From Alphaproteobacteria bacterium (GTDB lineage Bacteria; Pseudomonadota; Alphaproteobacteria; MPNO01), in NCBI GenBank assembly GCA_965248835.1, contig CBDFLJ010000001.1:2036939-2100938 (forward strand): a stretch of DNA of 64,000 nt, in the 5' to 3' direction. The translations under genes and the position numbers were made by a program. The notes under the pieces are model-generated. The model had not been told where the DNA came from. It saw nothing but the letters and a program-made list of their open reading frames with translations, and searched no databases. This document shows positions 42,185-51,525 of this stretch, one piece after another; the stretch's first letter is position 1; every line of letters starts with the position of its first letter.

Positions 42185-43541
42185 CTTGACCACGGCGGCA
42201 CCGGAGATGGTGCTGATCCTTGCCGCCGGATTGGGGTCGCGGCTTCGACCGCATACCAATAGACCAAAACCGCTGACCAGAGTGCTCGGATTGACCCTCG
42301 CGGAACGGACCGTGTGGACATTGCTGGACGCCGGCATCAGACGTTTCCTTGTCACCCTCGGTCATGAATCCGAAGCGGTCAGGACCCATTTTTCCGATAT
42401 CGCCCAGCGTCGCGGCGTCACGATTGACTTTATCGAAGCCGAAGGCTGGGGGCGCGGCAATGGTGCCAGCGCCCTGGCAGCCAAGGGTCGCACCGGCGAG
42501 GCGCCCTTCTTCCTAGTTATGGTCGATCATCTTTTCGATCCCCGTATCGCGCGGGCACTGGCCGGTGACCCTCCCGCACCAGGAGAAATGTGCCTCGCCG
42601 TGGACCGCGACAAGGATGGCATCTTCGATCTCGGCGATGTCACTCGGGTCAAGATCGACGACGGACGCATTCAAGAGATCGAGAAGACGCTCGATGATTG
42701 GGATGCCGGCGACACCGGAGTTATGCTTTGTACGTCCGGCCTGTTCGAAGGTCTTGAGCGCGCGGCAGCGCGGAATAAGCATGGACTCTCCGACGGGCTC
42801 AGGGAAATGGCGCGTGAAGGCCGGGCGAGCACCGTCGATGTGACGGGAATGCCGTGGCTCGACGTTGATACACCCAAAGCCTTGCGTGAGGCGGAGAGAA
42901 GGCTCATGCGCGACCAAGCCTGGAAAATCCAGGACGGACCGGTGGCGCGCCATTTCAACCGACGGGTTTCCCGCTGGCTCAGCCGCTATCTGGTTGGCAC
43001 AGCCGTGACGCCCAACCAAATTTCCCTAGCCTCCTGGCTCCTGTCGTGTATCGCGGCGGGATTGATGGCATTGGGCGGTTATCCGGCGCTGGCCGCTGGT
43101 GGCGTGCTGGCACAACTGGCCTCGGTCGTCGACGGGTGCGATGGCGAGATCGCTCGACTGAAGCATTCGCAGAGCGAGTTTGGCGGCTGGTTCGACGCGG
43201 TCCTCGACCGGTATGCTGACGCCATCCTGTTATTCGGCCTGATGTGGCACGAATTCGCATCGACCGGCACTCACTTGTCTCTCGTGCTGGGATTCGCGGC
43301 GATCGTGGGGTCGTTTTTGAACAGCTATACGGCCGATAAGTATGACGGGTTGATGGCGCAGAAACTGCAAGGCATCTCATGCTTTCGGCTGGGCCGGGAC
43401 GTGCGGGTGTTCGTCATTTTTGTCGGCGCCATCTTCAACCTTCCTCTCGTCACCCTAGGTGTTGTCGCAGTAGTGATGAACATGGAGGTGATTCGGCGAA
43501 TCGTCGTTTGTGCCACCGCGGACACCAACGTAGATAAATGA
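42171..43541 (+). CDS. Fused nucleotidyltransferase / CDP-alcohol phosphotransferase, predicted to be a CTP:inositol-1-phosphate cytidylyltransferase / di-myo-inositol-phosphate-phosphate synthase-like enzyme (IPCT/DIPPS architecture)
   Basis: The N-terminal LILAAGLGSRLRP...KPL is a sugar/alcohol-phosphate nucleotidyltransferase signature. The C-terminal roughly 190 aa have about 6 predicted TM helices and a perfect CDP-alcohol phosphotransferase motif, DGCDGEIARLKHSQSEFGGWFDAVLDRYAD (DGxxARx8Gx3Dx3D). Overlaps the IMPase gene by 14 nt. Confidence 0.8.
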   Translation: MNNPDLTTAAPEMVLILAAGLGSRLRPHTNRPKPLTRVLGLTLAERTVWTLLDAGIRRFLVTLGHESEAVRTHFSDIAQRRGVTIDFIEAEGWGRGNGASALAAKGRTGEAPFFLVMVDHLFDPRIARALAGDPPAPGEMCLAVDRDKDGIFDLGDVTRVKIDDGRIQEIEKTLDDWDAGDTGVMLCTSGLFEGLERAAARNKHGLSDGLREMAREGRASTVDVTGMPWLDVDTPKALREAERRLMRDQAWKIQDGPVARHFNRRVSRWLSRYLVGTAVTPNQISLASWLLSCIAAGLMALGGYPALAAGGVLAQLASVVDGCDGEIARLKHSQSEFGGWFDAVLDRYADAILLFGLMWHEFASTGTHLSLVLGFAAIVGSFLNSYTADKYDGLMAQKLQGISCFRLGRDVRVFVIFVGAIFNLPLVTLGVVAVVMNMEVIRRIVVCATADTNVDK

Positions 43542-43646
43542 CATTGTCAGACTAACAGGACAGGGCTTGTAGAACCTACAATCGAGCGCCTTCAGGCTGC
43601 TAGCAGTCTGTCGGACTTTGGTATGGATTTCTCATAGAATCGCACC

Positions 43647-44758
43647 ATGAGCGACTTCGTGGACTGTGATCGGGAGCAGGCGTTTTTGCTTCCTCCCGAT
43701 CTGCGGGACTGGATCCCGGAGGATGATTTGGCGCACTTCGTGATCGAGGCGGTGGAGCGCGTCGATTTGGGTGCCTTCAAGGTGAACCATCGTGGCACGG
43801 GCTCGGCGCAGTATCACCCCCGGATGATGCTGGCGCTGCTGATCTACTGCTACGCCAACGGGATCTTCTCGAGCCGTCGGATCGAGCGGGCGACGCACCG
43901 CGATATCGGGGTTCGCTTCGTTGCGGCGAACCTGCACCCGGATCACGACACGATCGCGCGCTTCCGGCGGGAGAACTTTGATGCGGTTTCGGAGAGCTTC
44001 CTGCAGGTTCTGCTGCTTGCCAAGGAGTTGAAGCTGTTGCGGGTGGGTCTGGTCAGCGTTGACGGCTCCAAGTTCAAGGCCAACGCGAGCAAGCACCGTT
44101 CGGTGAGCCATGAGCGGGCGGGCGCGTTGATCACCCAGTTGGAAGGCAAGATCGCGGCGCTGCTGGGCCGGGCGGAGGCGGCGGACGAGCGGAGCAATTT
44201 GACCGACCCGGACAGCCGGCTGATGCGCAAGAGCAAGCAGCATGAGTACCGCCAAGCCTACAACGCGCAGGCGGTGGTGGATGTTGGCGGCAGTCAGTTG
44301 GTCGTGAGCGCGCGGATCAGCCAATGCGCCAGCGACCGCAACGAACTGGTGGCGGATATCGCGGCGATCCCGGCGGCGCTGGGCCGGCCGGAGACGGTGC
44401 TCGCGGACAACGGCTATGCCAACGGGGCGGAGGTGGCGGCGCTCAAGGAGAGCGGCATCGAGGCCTTGGTGTCGACCGCGGCGGAAGACCGCCGCCGAAC
44501 CCACGACTTCCGCCCTGTGAAGGCTCTGCCGGCGGCAAAGGAGCCCAAGGCCGAGTGGTTGAAGGCGATGGCGAGCAAGCTCACGAGCGAAGAGGGTCGT
44601 GCCCTCTACAAGCTGCGCCGGCAGACCGTCGAGCCGGTCTTTGGTGTCATCAGACCGTCGAGGCGGTGCTCGGCTTCACCGGGTTCTCGCTGCGCGGCCT
44701 CGACAAGGTCGCCAGCGAGTGGACCCTGGTAGCTCTCGCTTACAACTGCAAGCGCTAA
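43647..44758 (+). pseudogene. IS1182-family transposase, frameshifted
   Basis: The N-terminus DREQAFLLPPDLRDWIPEDDLAHFV...YHPRMMLALLIYCYANGIFSSRRIE is typical of IS1182. The frame breaks near 44650, and the C-terminus (VLGFTGFSLRGLDKVASEWTLVALAYNCKR) continues in another frame. Confidence 0.8.
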
Positions 44759-44781
44759 GAGCGGTTCCGGGAAGTAGAGAT

Positions 44782-45623
44782 TCACGAGCAAGGGCTTGGC
44801 CGGGTCAAGCGTCGCAGCATGATGCGGATCATGGCGAGGTGGATGAAGGCGACGACAGAACGGACGTGGCGTTCGAAGTCGCGTGCCAGCCGGCGGCAGC
44901 GGACGATCCAGGCGAAGGTGCGCTCGACGATCCAGCGCTTCGGCAGCACCTCGAAGCGCGGCACGTCGTTGCGCTTGACGATCTCCAGCCGCCAGGCGCC
45001 GGTCTTGGCCACCACGGCAGCCATCTTCGGTCCCTGGTAGCCGCCGTCGGCGTAGATCACCTCGATGAATGGAAACAGCCGGCGTGTCCGGCGCAGCAGC
45101 GAGGCCGCGCCATCGCGGTCCTGCACGTTGGCGGGATGCACGACGAGGCCCAGCATCAGGCCGAGCGTATCGACCAGGATGTGCCGCTTGCGGCCGGTGA
45201 GCTTCTTGCCCGCGTCGAAGCCCTGCGGATCGATCGACGCCCCCCTTTTTGCGCCGCTTTGGCGCTCTGGCTGTCGATGATGGCCGCGCTCGGACTGGCT
45301 TCGTGGCCCGCGCGCTCGCGCACCGCCACGTAGAGCTCATGATGGATGCGAGCCAGGGTGCCGTCCCATTCCCACAGCTCGAAGTCGTCGTACACCGTGC
45401 TCTTCGGCGGCAGATCCTTGGGCAGCGCGGTCCACTGGCAGCCGCTCGACAGCACGTAGAAGATGCCGTTCAGGACTTCGCGGACATCGACCGTCCGCTT
45501 ACGCCCACCGTGCTTCGCCGGTGGGATCAGCGGCGCGATCAGCGCCCATTCGGCGTCGCTCAGATCACTCGGATAGCGAAGCCGGCCACGGTCGGCGGCC
45601 ACGCGGTGTCCAGGCTTCCACAT
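44782..45623 (-). CDS. IS5-family transposase OrfAB (requires a -1 frameshift)
   Basis: OrfA reads RYPSDLSDAEWALIAPLIPPAKHGGRKR...AAIIDSQSAKAAQKGG. OrfB continues as IDPQGFDAGKKLTGRKRHILVDTLG...YADGGYQG...RWIVERTFAW, which carries the DDE motifs. Confidence 0.8.
45241..45250 (-). promoter_or_regulatory. Candidate programmed -1 ribosomal frameshift site (A AAA AGG GGG)
   Basis: The reverse strand reads GCGCAAAAAGGGGGG exactly where OrfA and OrfB overlap. The A-AAA-AG heptamer type is the known slippery motif of this IS group. Confidence 0.6.
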
Positions 45624-45709
45624 CGGGCACCCCCAAGCAGTTGGACAGGTGCCAGACAATGAATCACAACCGATTCCGCCGACTCAAGAACTTTCCGGAA
45701 CCGCTCTTA

Positions 45710-46609
45710 GAGACCGTTTGAGAAAGGGTGTTCCGATCGGTGGGGTTTGGTGATTCACCCTGTGCATGTGGACACAGCAGACGCGAGGCCGCATGGCCGC
45801 GATCGAGCGGAAGACGAAGCGCTATCCGACCGATCTCAGCGATGAGGAGTGGGCGCGGATCGCGCCGCTGCTGCCGAAGCCGGCGCAGCGGGGCCGCAAG
45901 CCGAGCGTGGACCTGCGCGAGGTGCTGAATGCGATCCGCTACATGACGCGCACGGGCGGCGGCTGGCGCATGCTGCCGAAGGACTTCCGCCCTGGCAGAC
46001 GGTGTCCTGGTGGTTCCGGCGCTTCGTGCGCCTGATGCTGTTTCGCACCATCCACGACATCGCCTTGATGATGGACCGCGAATGCGTCGGCCGCGAGGCC
46101 AGCCCGAGCGCCGGCGTGGTCGACAGCCAGACGGTCAAGGCCCCCGCGCCGGGGGCGCAGCGGGGCTACGACGCGGCCAAGAAGACGGTCGGCCGCAAGC
46201 GCCATGTCGTGGTCGACACCGACGGCCGGCTGCTGATGGCCAACCTGACGCCGGCCGATATCTCCGACAGCGCCGGCGCGCAGATGATCCTGGAGGGCAT
46301 CGGCAAGCGCTGGCCGTAGCTCAAGCACCTGTTCGCCAACGGCGCCTACGACCGCACCCAACTGATGGACAAGGCGGCCTTCCTCGACTTCGTCATCGAG
46401 GTGGTGCGCCGCATCGACGACGAGCCGGGCTTCAAAGTCGTGCCGCGGCGCTGGGTGGTCGAACGGACCTTCGGTTGGCTCACCCGTTGGCGCCGCCTGG
46501 TGCGCGACCACGAACAACGCGTCGACGTCTCCGAGGCCATGATCCACGTCGCATTGGGAAGCCTGCTGCTACGCCGGGTCAGCCATTGAGCGAATTCTCA
46601 AACGGACTC
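45710..46609 (+). mobile_element. Second IS5-family insertion sequence, degenerate
   Basis: Inverted repeats GAGACCGTTTGAGAA (45710-45724) and GAGTCCGTTTGAGAA (reverse complement of 46595-46609). Separated from the neighbouring IS by only the 3 nt TTA. Confidence 0.75.
45766..46589 (+). pseudogene. IS5-family transposase with a frameshift and an in-frame stop
   Basis: [19 protein letters not shown]...LPKDF, then a frame break near 45986 (the expected PPWQTV continues in the next frame). A TAG at 46318-46320 interrupts ...GIGKRWP*LKHLFANGAYD. The C-terminus is RRWVVERTFGWL. Confidence 0.8.
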
Positions 46610-46737
46610 TAACAACCGGGGGATTTGACGAAGATTTCGGTGTGCTGTCCGACTTTCGCTGAGATCGGCGGTGTTGACGTCCGCAATCATCCGCCGTTTC
46701 GTTCTCGGCGGAGGGTTTTGGCGCTATTCGGGCGGAC

Positions 46738-47335
46738 TCATGCCATGGCGGCGCTGCGCTCATGGAAGATCAGACGCTGGAAATTATAAGCCAGGTTGGC
46801 GAGGCCGATCTTGGCCGCCGCCCGCTCGAGCCCGATGGTACGGACGAACAGGCCCATGCGATCCTTCTGCTGGGCGAAGACGTGCTCGACATGCGCACGG
46901 ACCGCTGACTTGCGGGCATTGGCCCGGGCGGTCGCCTTGGGCATGGCCCGGCCCGGCGGCTTCTTGCGGTGGATGTGGGAGACCCGACCCTTGCCGGCCA
47001 GCCACGCCTCGTTGGCCTTCGAGCGATAGGCGCTGTCGGCCCACACGCCGGCGGCCAGATTGTCGCCGGTGACGAGATGACGCAACATCTTGCCGTCATG
47101 GCGGGCGGCATCGGTCACTGCCGAGCTGCGGATGAAGCCGTAGGCCCGGTCGATGACGACATGGGCTGCGCGGGCTTACGCCGCGCCACTGGCGCGACGG
47201 TCCTGCTCGCTGTAGCCGAACACCGGGATCGCGATGTCGGGCATGCGCCGTTGCGCCCCGGCGGGGTTCTTGCGCCGCCCGGTCTTCACCGTCCACCGCG
47301 CATCCGTGTCCTTCTGCGCCGCCTTGGCCGGCTGA
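46738..47335 (-). pseudogene. IS5-family transposase, C-terminal half only
   Basis: PAKAAQKDTDARWTVK...IPVFGY, then an about 45-nt block containing a stop, then VIDRAYGFIRSSAVTDAARHDG...VWADSAYRS...VEHVFAQQK. Homology to the element ends abruptly at 47335. Confidence 0.75.
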
Positions 47336-47608
47336 ATTCCGGCCACGTCATCGGATGCGGCACCAATCACAAGGGGGTCGGGCTGCCGCAGGACCGCGAC
47401 CATGCCGAGATCGAGATCGCGGGCATCGGACGCTTGGCCATCAACCTCACCGATCCCCTCAAGCGCAGTTGGGAACGCGGCGTACAAGGGCCGGGATTCG
47501 ACCCATCCGGACAACGTGAATCCCGAATGTCCTTCCGGCCGATAGCAAGGACCTTATCGACGGGACCGTCCGGGTCCGGATAGGATGCCGGGCAGGTGGA
47601 GGCAGGCG

Positions 47609-48664
47609 ATGGCAGGCAAACAAGCGATTCACCTTGTAGGGAGCATGCCGCTCGATAGTGCGGAGGATGTCTTCCGCACGGTCTGCGGCGCGACCGGCGG
47701 CAATGTGCGGCGGGTTCCCGACGGCGAGACGGGAATGCGCATCAACTGGATCCGGTGCATTCAGGACATGCTGACGGCGCATCCGGATTTCGAGGTCGAC
47801 CCAGAGACCCCGCCCCTGCAGTGGCGGCAATGGGACGGTAAATTTCTGCGCGAGATCCCGCAGTTGAAGTTCAAGGACGGCGTCGATCCCGACAGCGTCG
47901 TGTTCACGACCCCGTACCGGGAGGAAGCGGTTCGGTCGTTCGAAGTCTTCGACCGGTTGCGCGCGGACGGCGTGATCCCCGACGGCATCAAATTTCAGGT
48001 CTGTGTCCCGACTCCCCTCGCGCCGGGCTACAACTACGTGGCGCCGCGGGCACGGGCGGACTTCATCCGCGTTTTCGGCGATCACATCGTCGAGGCGGTC
48101 GCGCAGCTTGCCGATCGACTGCCTAGGGAGCAGCTCGCCTTGCAATGGGATGTCTGCCAGGAGGTCCTGATGTGGGAGGGCTATTACGATCATCGTCCCG
48201 ACGACTTCAAGGAGGAAATCCTCGCCGTCCTCGGCCGCGTCGGCGACGCGGTGCCGGAGCCGGTCGAGCTCGGCTATCACTTGTGCTACGGGAGTCCCAA
48301 GGACGAGCACCTGATCCAGCCCGTGGACGCCGCCAATCTGGTCGAGATCCTCAACGGCTTGTTCCAGACGGTGCGCCGTTCGATCCAGTTCGTCCATATT
48401 CCGGTACCCAGGGACCGCGCCGACGCCGCTTATTTCGAACCGCTCCGCGGGCTGAACATTCCGCACGAGACCGACCTCTATCTCGGTCTCGTGCATTACG
48501 ACGACGTTTCGGGAAACGACCGGCGGCTTGATATGGCGTGCAGATATGCCAAGGTCGACGGCGTCGCGACGGAGTGCGGCTGGGGGCGAGCGGATCCCGA
48601 ACGCGTTCCCGGCTACCTGGAGTCGCTCTGCCGGTCGGCCGACCATCTGGCCGCCAGAGGCTGA
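47609..48664 (+). CDS. Hypothetical protein, possibly a MetE-like (cobalamin-independent methyltransferase fold) Zn enzyme
   Basis: Clean 351-aa ORF from MAGKQAIHLVGSMP. GYHLCYGS (HxC) and, near the C-terminus, ATECGWGR resemble the Zn-ligand motifs of the MetE C-terminal domain. The functional call is tentative. Confidence 0.55.
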   Translation: MAGKQAIHLVGSMPLDSAEDVFRTVCGATGGNVRRVPDGETGMRINWIRCIQDMLTAHPDFEVDPETPPLQWRQWDGKFLREIPQLKFKDGVDPDSVVFTTPYREEAVRSFEVFDRLRADGVIPDGIKFQVCVPTPLAPGYNYVAPRARADFIRVFGDHIVEAVAQLADRLPREQLALQWDVCQEVLMWEGYYDHRPDDFKEEILAVLGRVGDAVPEPVELGYHLCYGSPKDEHLIQPVDAANLVEILNGLFQTVRRSIQFVHIPVPRDRADAAYFEPLRGLNIPHETDLYLGLVHYDDVSGNDRRLDMACRYAKVDGVATECGWGRADPERVPGYLESLCRSADHLAARG

Positions 48665-48743
48665 CCTTCGAAGTGCACGCCCCGGCTTCGTCGCGGAAAT
48701 GACGGAATGAACAGCCGTCGCGTCCTCCGCCAAGGAGAGAGCG

Positions 48744-48960
48744 ATGTTCGTTGCCACCGAAGGCGCCGTCCTGCCCGCCACCATCGCCGGATCGCTGCCC
48801 TAACCGGGATGGTATACGGAGAATCTCGGCCGGCGCTGCTTCCGCGAGCGGTGATCAACGGCCATTTCCGCGCGTAATACACCGATGCCGTGTCGGCGTT
48901 TCTGCGGCCCCGGCCTGGCCGCATCCGCGCCGCCGGATGCGGCACGAAGGGTTGGCGGCG
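48744..48960 (+). pseudogene. Decayed 5' part of a MetE-like (methionine synthase II family) gene
   Basis: AAGGAGAG RBS plus MFVATEGAVLPATIAGSLP, then a stop. The next frames give PGWYTENLGRRCFRE and AVINGHFRA-YTDAVSAFLR, in the order typical for this family. There are several frame breaks and stops. Confidence 0.5.
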
Positions 48961-49150
48961 CGCTTTCGCCCAAGGCCGTTGGCCCGTTGGCCGGGGCTCC
49001 CTGGACTACAGCGGCGGCGGAGTCCGTCACGCGGCGGGTCCTTCGGCCTGCCCCTTGGGTGTGCGAGCGGCGCGGAGCATCTGGGCGCCCGGAGCGCGGC
49101 GCCTTGACCCAAAAGGCCGGCGATTCGCCCGCCGAGCGGGGAGCGGGACG

Positions 49151-49696
49151 CTACCGGGACGGCACGGTGCGAACGTGACCGTCCCGGTTGTCGAACAGCG
49201 CCTGATCGGCATAGCCCATGAAATCGGGCTGCGCCTTGCCGGCCATGACCTGAAGATACACCGGCTCGACGGTATCGTTGGAATAACCGTGGATCACACC
49301 CGCGGGACAGGAGACGCAGTCCCACGGCCCCAGGGTCACCTGCAGATGCCGACCATCCTCTTCTTCGAAAAACACGGTGAGGTGACCCTGAAGGACGAAG
49401 AAAACCTCCTCGACCTCATGCGTATGAGGCGCATTACCCTCGCCCGGCGGGACGTACATGACGCTGAGCGTGAATGCCTTGGCCGGAATCACCTTTTCGT
49501 CGGGCTTGCCGCTGGTATTTCCTATGAACCGATGCTGGGCTCGCCGGTAGCCATCGATCAACGCGTCGGCGAAAGCCTCCCAATCCGGCCTGCGGTCCTT
49601 GAAATGGGCGACGTACCGAGCGGCGATCTGCTCGAGACTCAGATCGGCGACCTCGGGCGGACGCTCGTGGCGCGCTGTCTTCGTCTTCCGGGCCAT
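49151..49696 (-). CDS. Cupin-domain protein
   Basis: GEGNAPHTHEVEEVFFVLQG...CPAGVIHG are the two cupin motifs. Confidence 0.8.
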   Translation of the reverse strand: MARKTKTARHERPPEVADLSLEQIAARYVAHFKDRRPDWEAFADALIDGYRRAQHRFIGNTSGKPDEKVIPAKAFTLSVMYVPPGEGNAPHTHEVEEVFFVLQGHLTVFFEEEDGRHLQVTLGPWDCVSCPAGVIHGYSNDTVEPVYLQVMAGKAQPDFMGYADQALFDNRDGHVRTVPSR

Positions 49697-49712
49697 GGAT
49701 AGCCTATGCCGC

Positions 49713-50687
49713 TCAGGAGCCCGGAATGAACGCGTTGGTGAAATAGGCGCTGATCGGAAGCGCCTTCTTGATCCGCTTGCCCTCGATCAGGGTCATTTGA
49801 GCCTTCTCGATATCGCCCGGCGGGGTCCATCCCAACGGCTTACCCTTGCTGGCATCGTTCCCGAGCAGATCGAACGATGCCTTTAGAATCTCGAGCGAGA
49901 TCGCGGGCTTCAGGTTGGGAGCAACCTTCCGCAGCGATTCGATTGCTGCTGAAGGCTCTTTCTGACCCAACACGAGAGCCGCGCGGACGCTCGCAACCAT
50001 GCGCCGGACGAGATCGGGGTTGTTCTCGATGTTGTCGGTATGCGTGATCAGGGCGAGGCCGGGCACGACCACACCACCCGAAGCGTAGGTGAAATAAGTC
50101 GAAGGAACGCCATTGGCGGTTGCCTTCGGCGCCTGCAGGAAGCCGAACGAGTCGATGGCGTCCACCTTGCCTTGCAACAGCGCTGCGAGCTTGGCGGCCG
50201 GCTCCATGAACACGAGCTTGACCTTGCCCTCGAGGCCGTTCGCCTTTTGCAGGGCCTTGAAATACATCGCGGTCGCGCCGCCGGCCGAGAACCCGATTTG
50301 CGATCCGGCGAGATCCTTCCAGCTCTTCCAGCCGTTTTTCTTGGGGAAGATGATGGCGACCGGATTTGTCCGAAGATAGGACGCAACGATCCTGACCGGC
50401 AGGCCCTTGGAGATGAGCACCATCACCGCACCGCCATCGGCGGTTCCGAAGGTGACCGTCTTGTTGCCGACGGTTTGCGCCGTGATGGCCGATCCGCGAC
50501 CATCGCGAATGTCGATGTCGATTCCGTTCTTGGCGAAGATTCCCTTGTCCTTGGCATGGTACCAGACGGCGTGGTACGCGCTCTTGATCCAATCGGTCCT
50601 GAGCGAGACCTGATCTGCGGCCTGGGCCGGCAGTGCCATGAGGGCCAAAAGCCCGGTTGCGACTGCGCCGATTGTCGTGGATCTCAT
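49713..50687 (-). CDS. NitT/TauT-family ABC transporter substrate-binding protein (NMT1/THI5-like)
   Basis: Signal peptide MRSTTIGAVATGLLALMALPAQA. DWIKSAYHAVWYHAKDKGIFAKNGIDI is typical of the aliphatic sulfonate/nitrate/taurine SBP fold. Confidence 0.85.
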   Translation of the reverse strand: MRSTTIGAVATGLLALMALPAQAADQVSLRTDWIKSAYHAVWYHAKDKGIFAKNGIDIDIRDGRGSAITAQTVGNKTVTFGTADGGAVMVLISKGLPVRIVASYLRTNPVAIIFPKKNGWKSWKDLAGSQIGFSAGGATAMYFKALQKANGLEGKVKLVFMEPAAKLAALLQGKVDAIDSFGFLQAPKATANGVPSTYFTYASGGVVVPGLALITHTDNIENNPDLVRRMVASVRAALVLGQKEPSAAIESLRKVAPNLKPAISLEILKASFDLLGNDASKGKPLGWTPPGDIEKAQMTLIEGKRIKKALPISAYFTNAFIPGS

Positions 50688-50725
50688 ATCCGTTTCCTCC
50701 TCTGTTTCTGGTGCTTTCAATCCGT

Positions 50726-51508
50726 TCAATTCACGTGCGCACGCTGTGAGACGTGCCACGGAATCATGAGCCGCTCGAGGACCTCGATAGCGTAAAAGAA
50801 CACCATCGCGAGCAGCGAAAGAACGAACAGGATTGCGAACAAAAGTGCCGTATCGAGTTCACCTGCCGCGCTCAGCAGCAGATAGCCGAGCCCGTTGTCC
50901 GAGCCGATGAATTCACCGGTGAGGGCACCGACCACGGCAAGCGCGGATGCGACTTTGAGCCCACCAAACATGCTGGGCAACGCGCCCGGCAGCCGAAGGC
51001 GGAGAAAGATCCGCCTCGGCGGCGCACCCATCGAGCGTGCCAGCTGCACAAGCGCAGGGTCGATACTGCGCAAACCGACAATGGTATCGACCACGATCGG
51101 GAAAAAGCAGATCAGGAAGGCCACCGCCACCTTTGGAAACATGCCAAACCCGAACCAGACCACGAACAACGGGGCCAGGGCGATCTTCGGAATGCTCTGG
51201 GTCGCGACCATCGGCGGATACAGTATGCGTTCCAACGTGGATGACGATACGACGATGATTGCCAAGGGCACCCCGACGACCACCGCAAGCAGATATCCAG
51301 CCATCACCGAGAGCATCGTCCAACCCGAATGAGGGATCATCTCCCACCCGTTATCCCGGCCGGAATCGAGCACCTCCGCCGGTCCTGGGAGCAGATAGCT
51401 GGGGGTTTCGAACAACCAGACGACGCCTGCCCAGAGCCCGATGAGGGCCGCGAACGAGATCACCATCCAAAACGCGTCGCGGGTCCAATTTCGTTTCCAG
51501 AACGACAT
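50726..51508 (-). CDS. NitT/TauT-family ABC transporter permease
   Basis: Six-TM BPD-type permease with the EAA-like loop LARSMGAPPRRIFLRLRLPGALP. Confidence 0.88.
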   Translation of the reverse strand: MSFWKRNWTRDAFWMVISFAALIGLWAGVVWLFETPSYLLPGPAEVLDSGRDNGWEMIPHSGWTMLSVMAGYLLAVVVGVPLAIIVVSSSTLERILYPPMVATQSIPKIALAPLFVVWFGFGMFPKVAVAFLICFFPIVVDTIVGLRSIDPALVQLARSMGAPPRRIFLRLRLPGALPSMFGGLKVASALAVVGALTGEFIGSDNGLGYLLLSAAGELDTALLFAILFVLSLLAMVFFYAIEVLERLMIPWHVSQRAHVN

Positions 51509-51525
51509 CGTGCATCCTTATCGGG

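Larger units (their letters stand above)
44755..45710 (-). mobile_element. IS5-family (IS427/IS1031-like) insertion sequence, apparently intact
   Basis: Terminal inverted repeats CTAAGAGCGGTTCCGGGAAG (44755-44774) and its near-perfect complement at 45691-45710 (19 of 20). It encloses a two-frame transposase. It is inserted at the stop codon of the IS1182 transposase gene. Confidence 0.85.

Noticed and set aside
43607-46656. 14-nt similarity CTGTC(G/C)GACTTT(G/C)G at 43607-43620 and 46643-46656, considered as the ends of the IS1182 element
   Set aside because: The two copies are direct, not inverted, and are short with two mismatches. That is not enough to define IS termini without a reference element.
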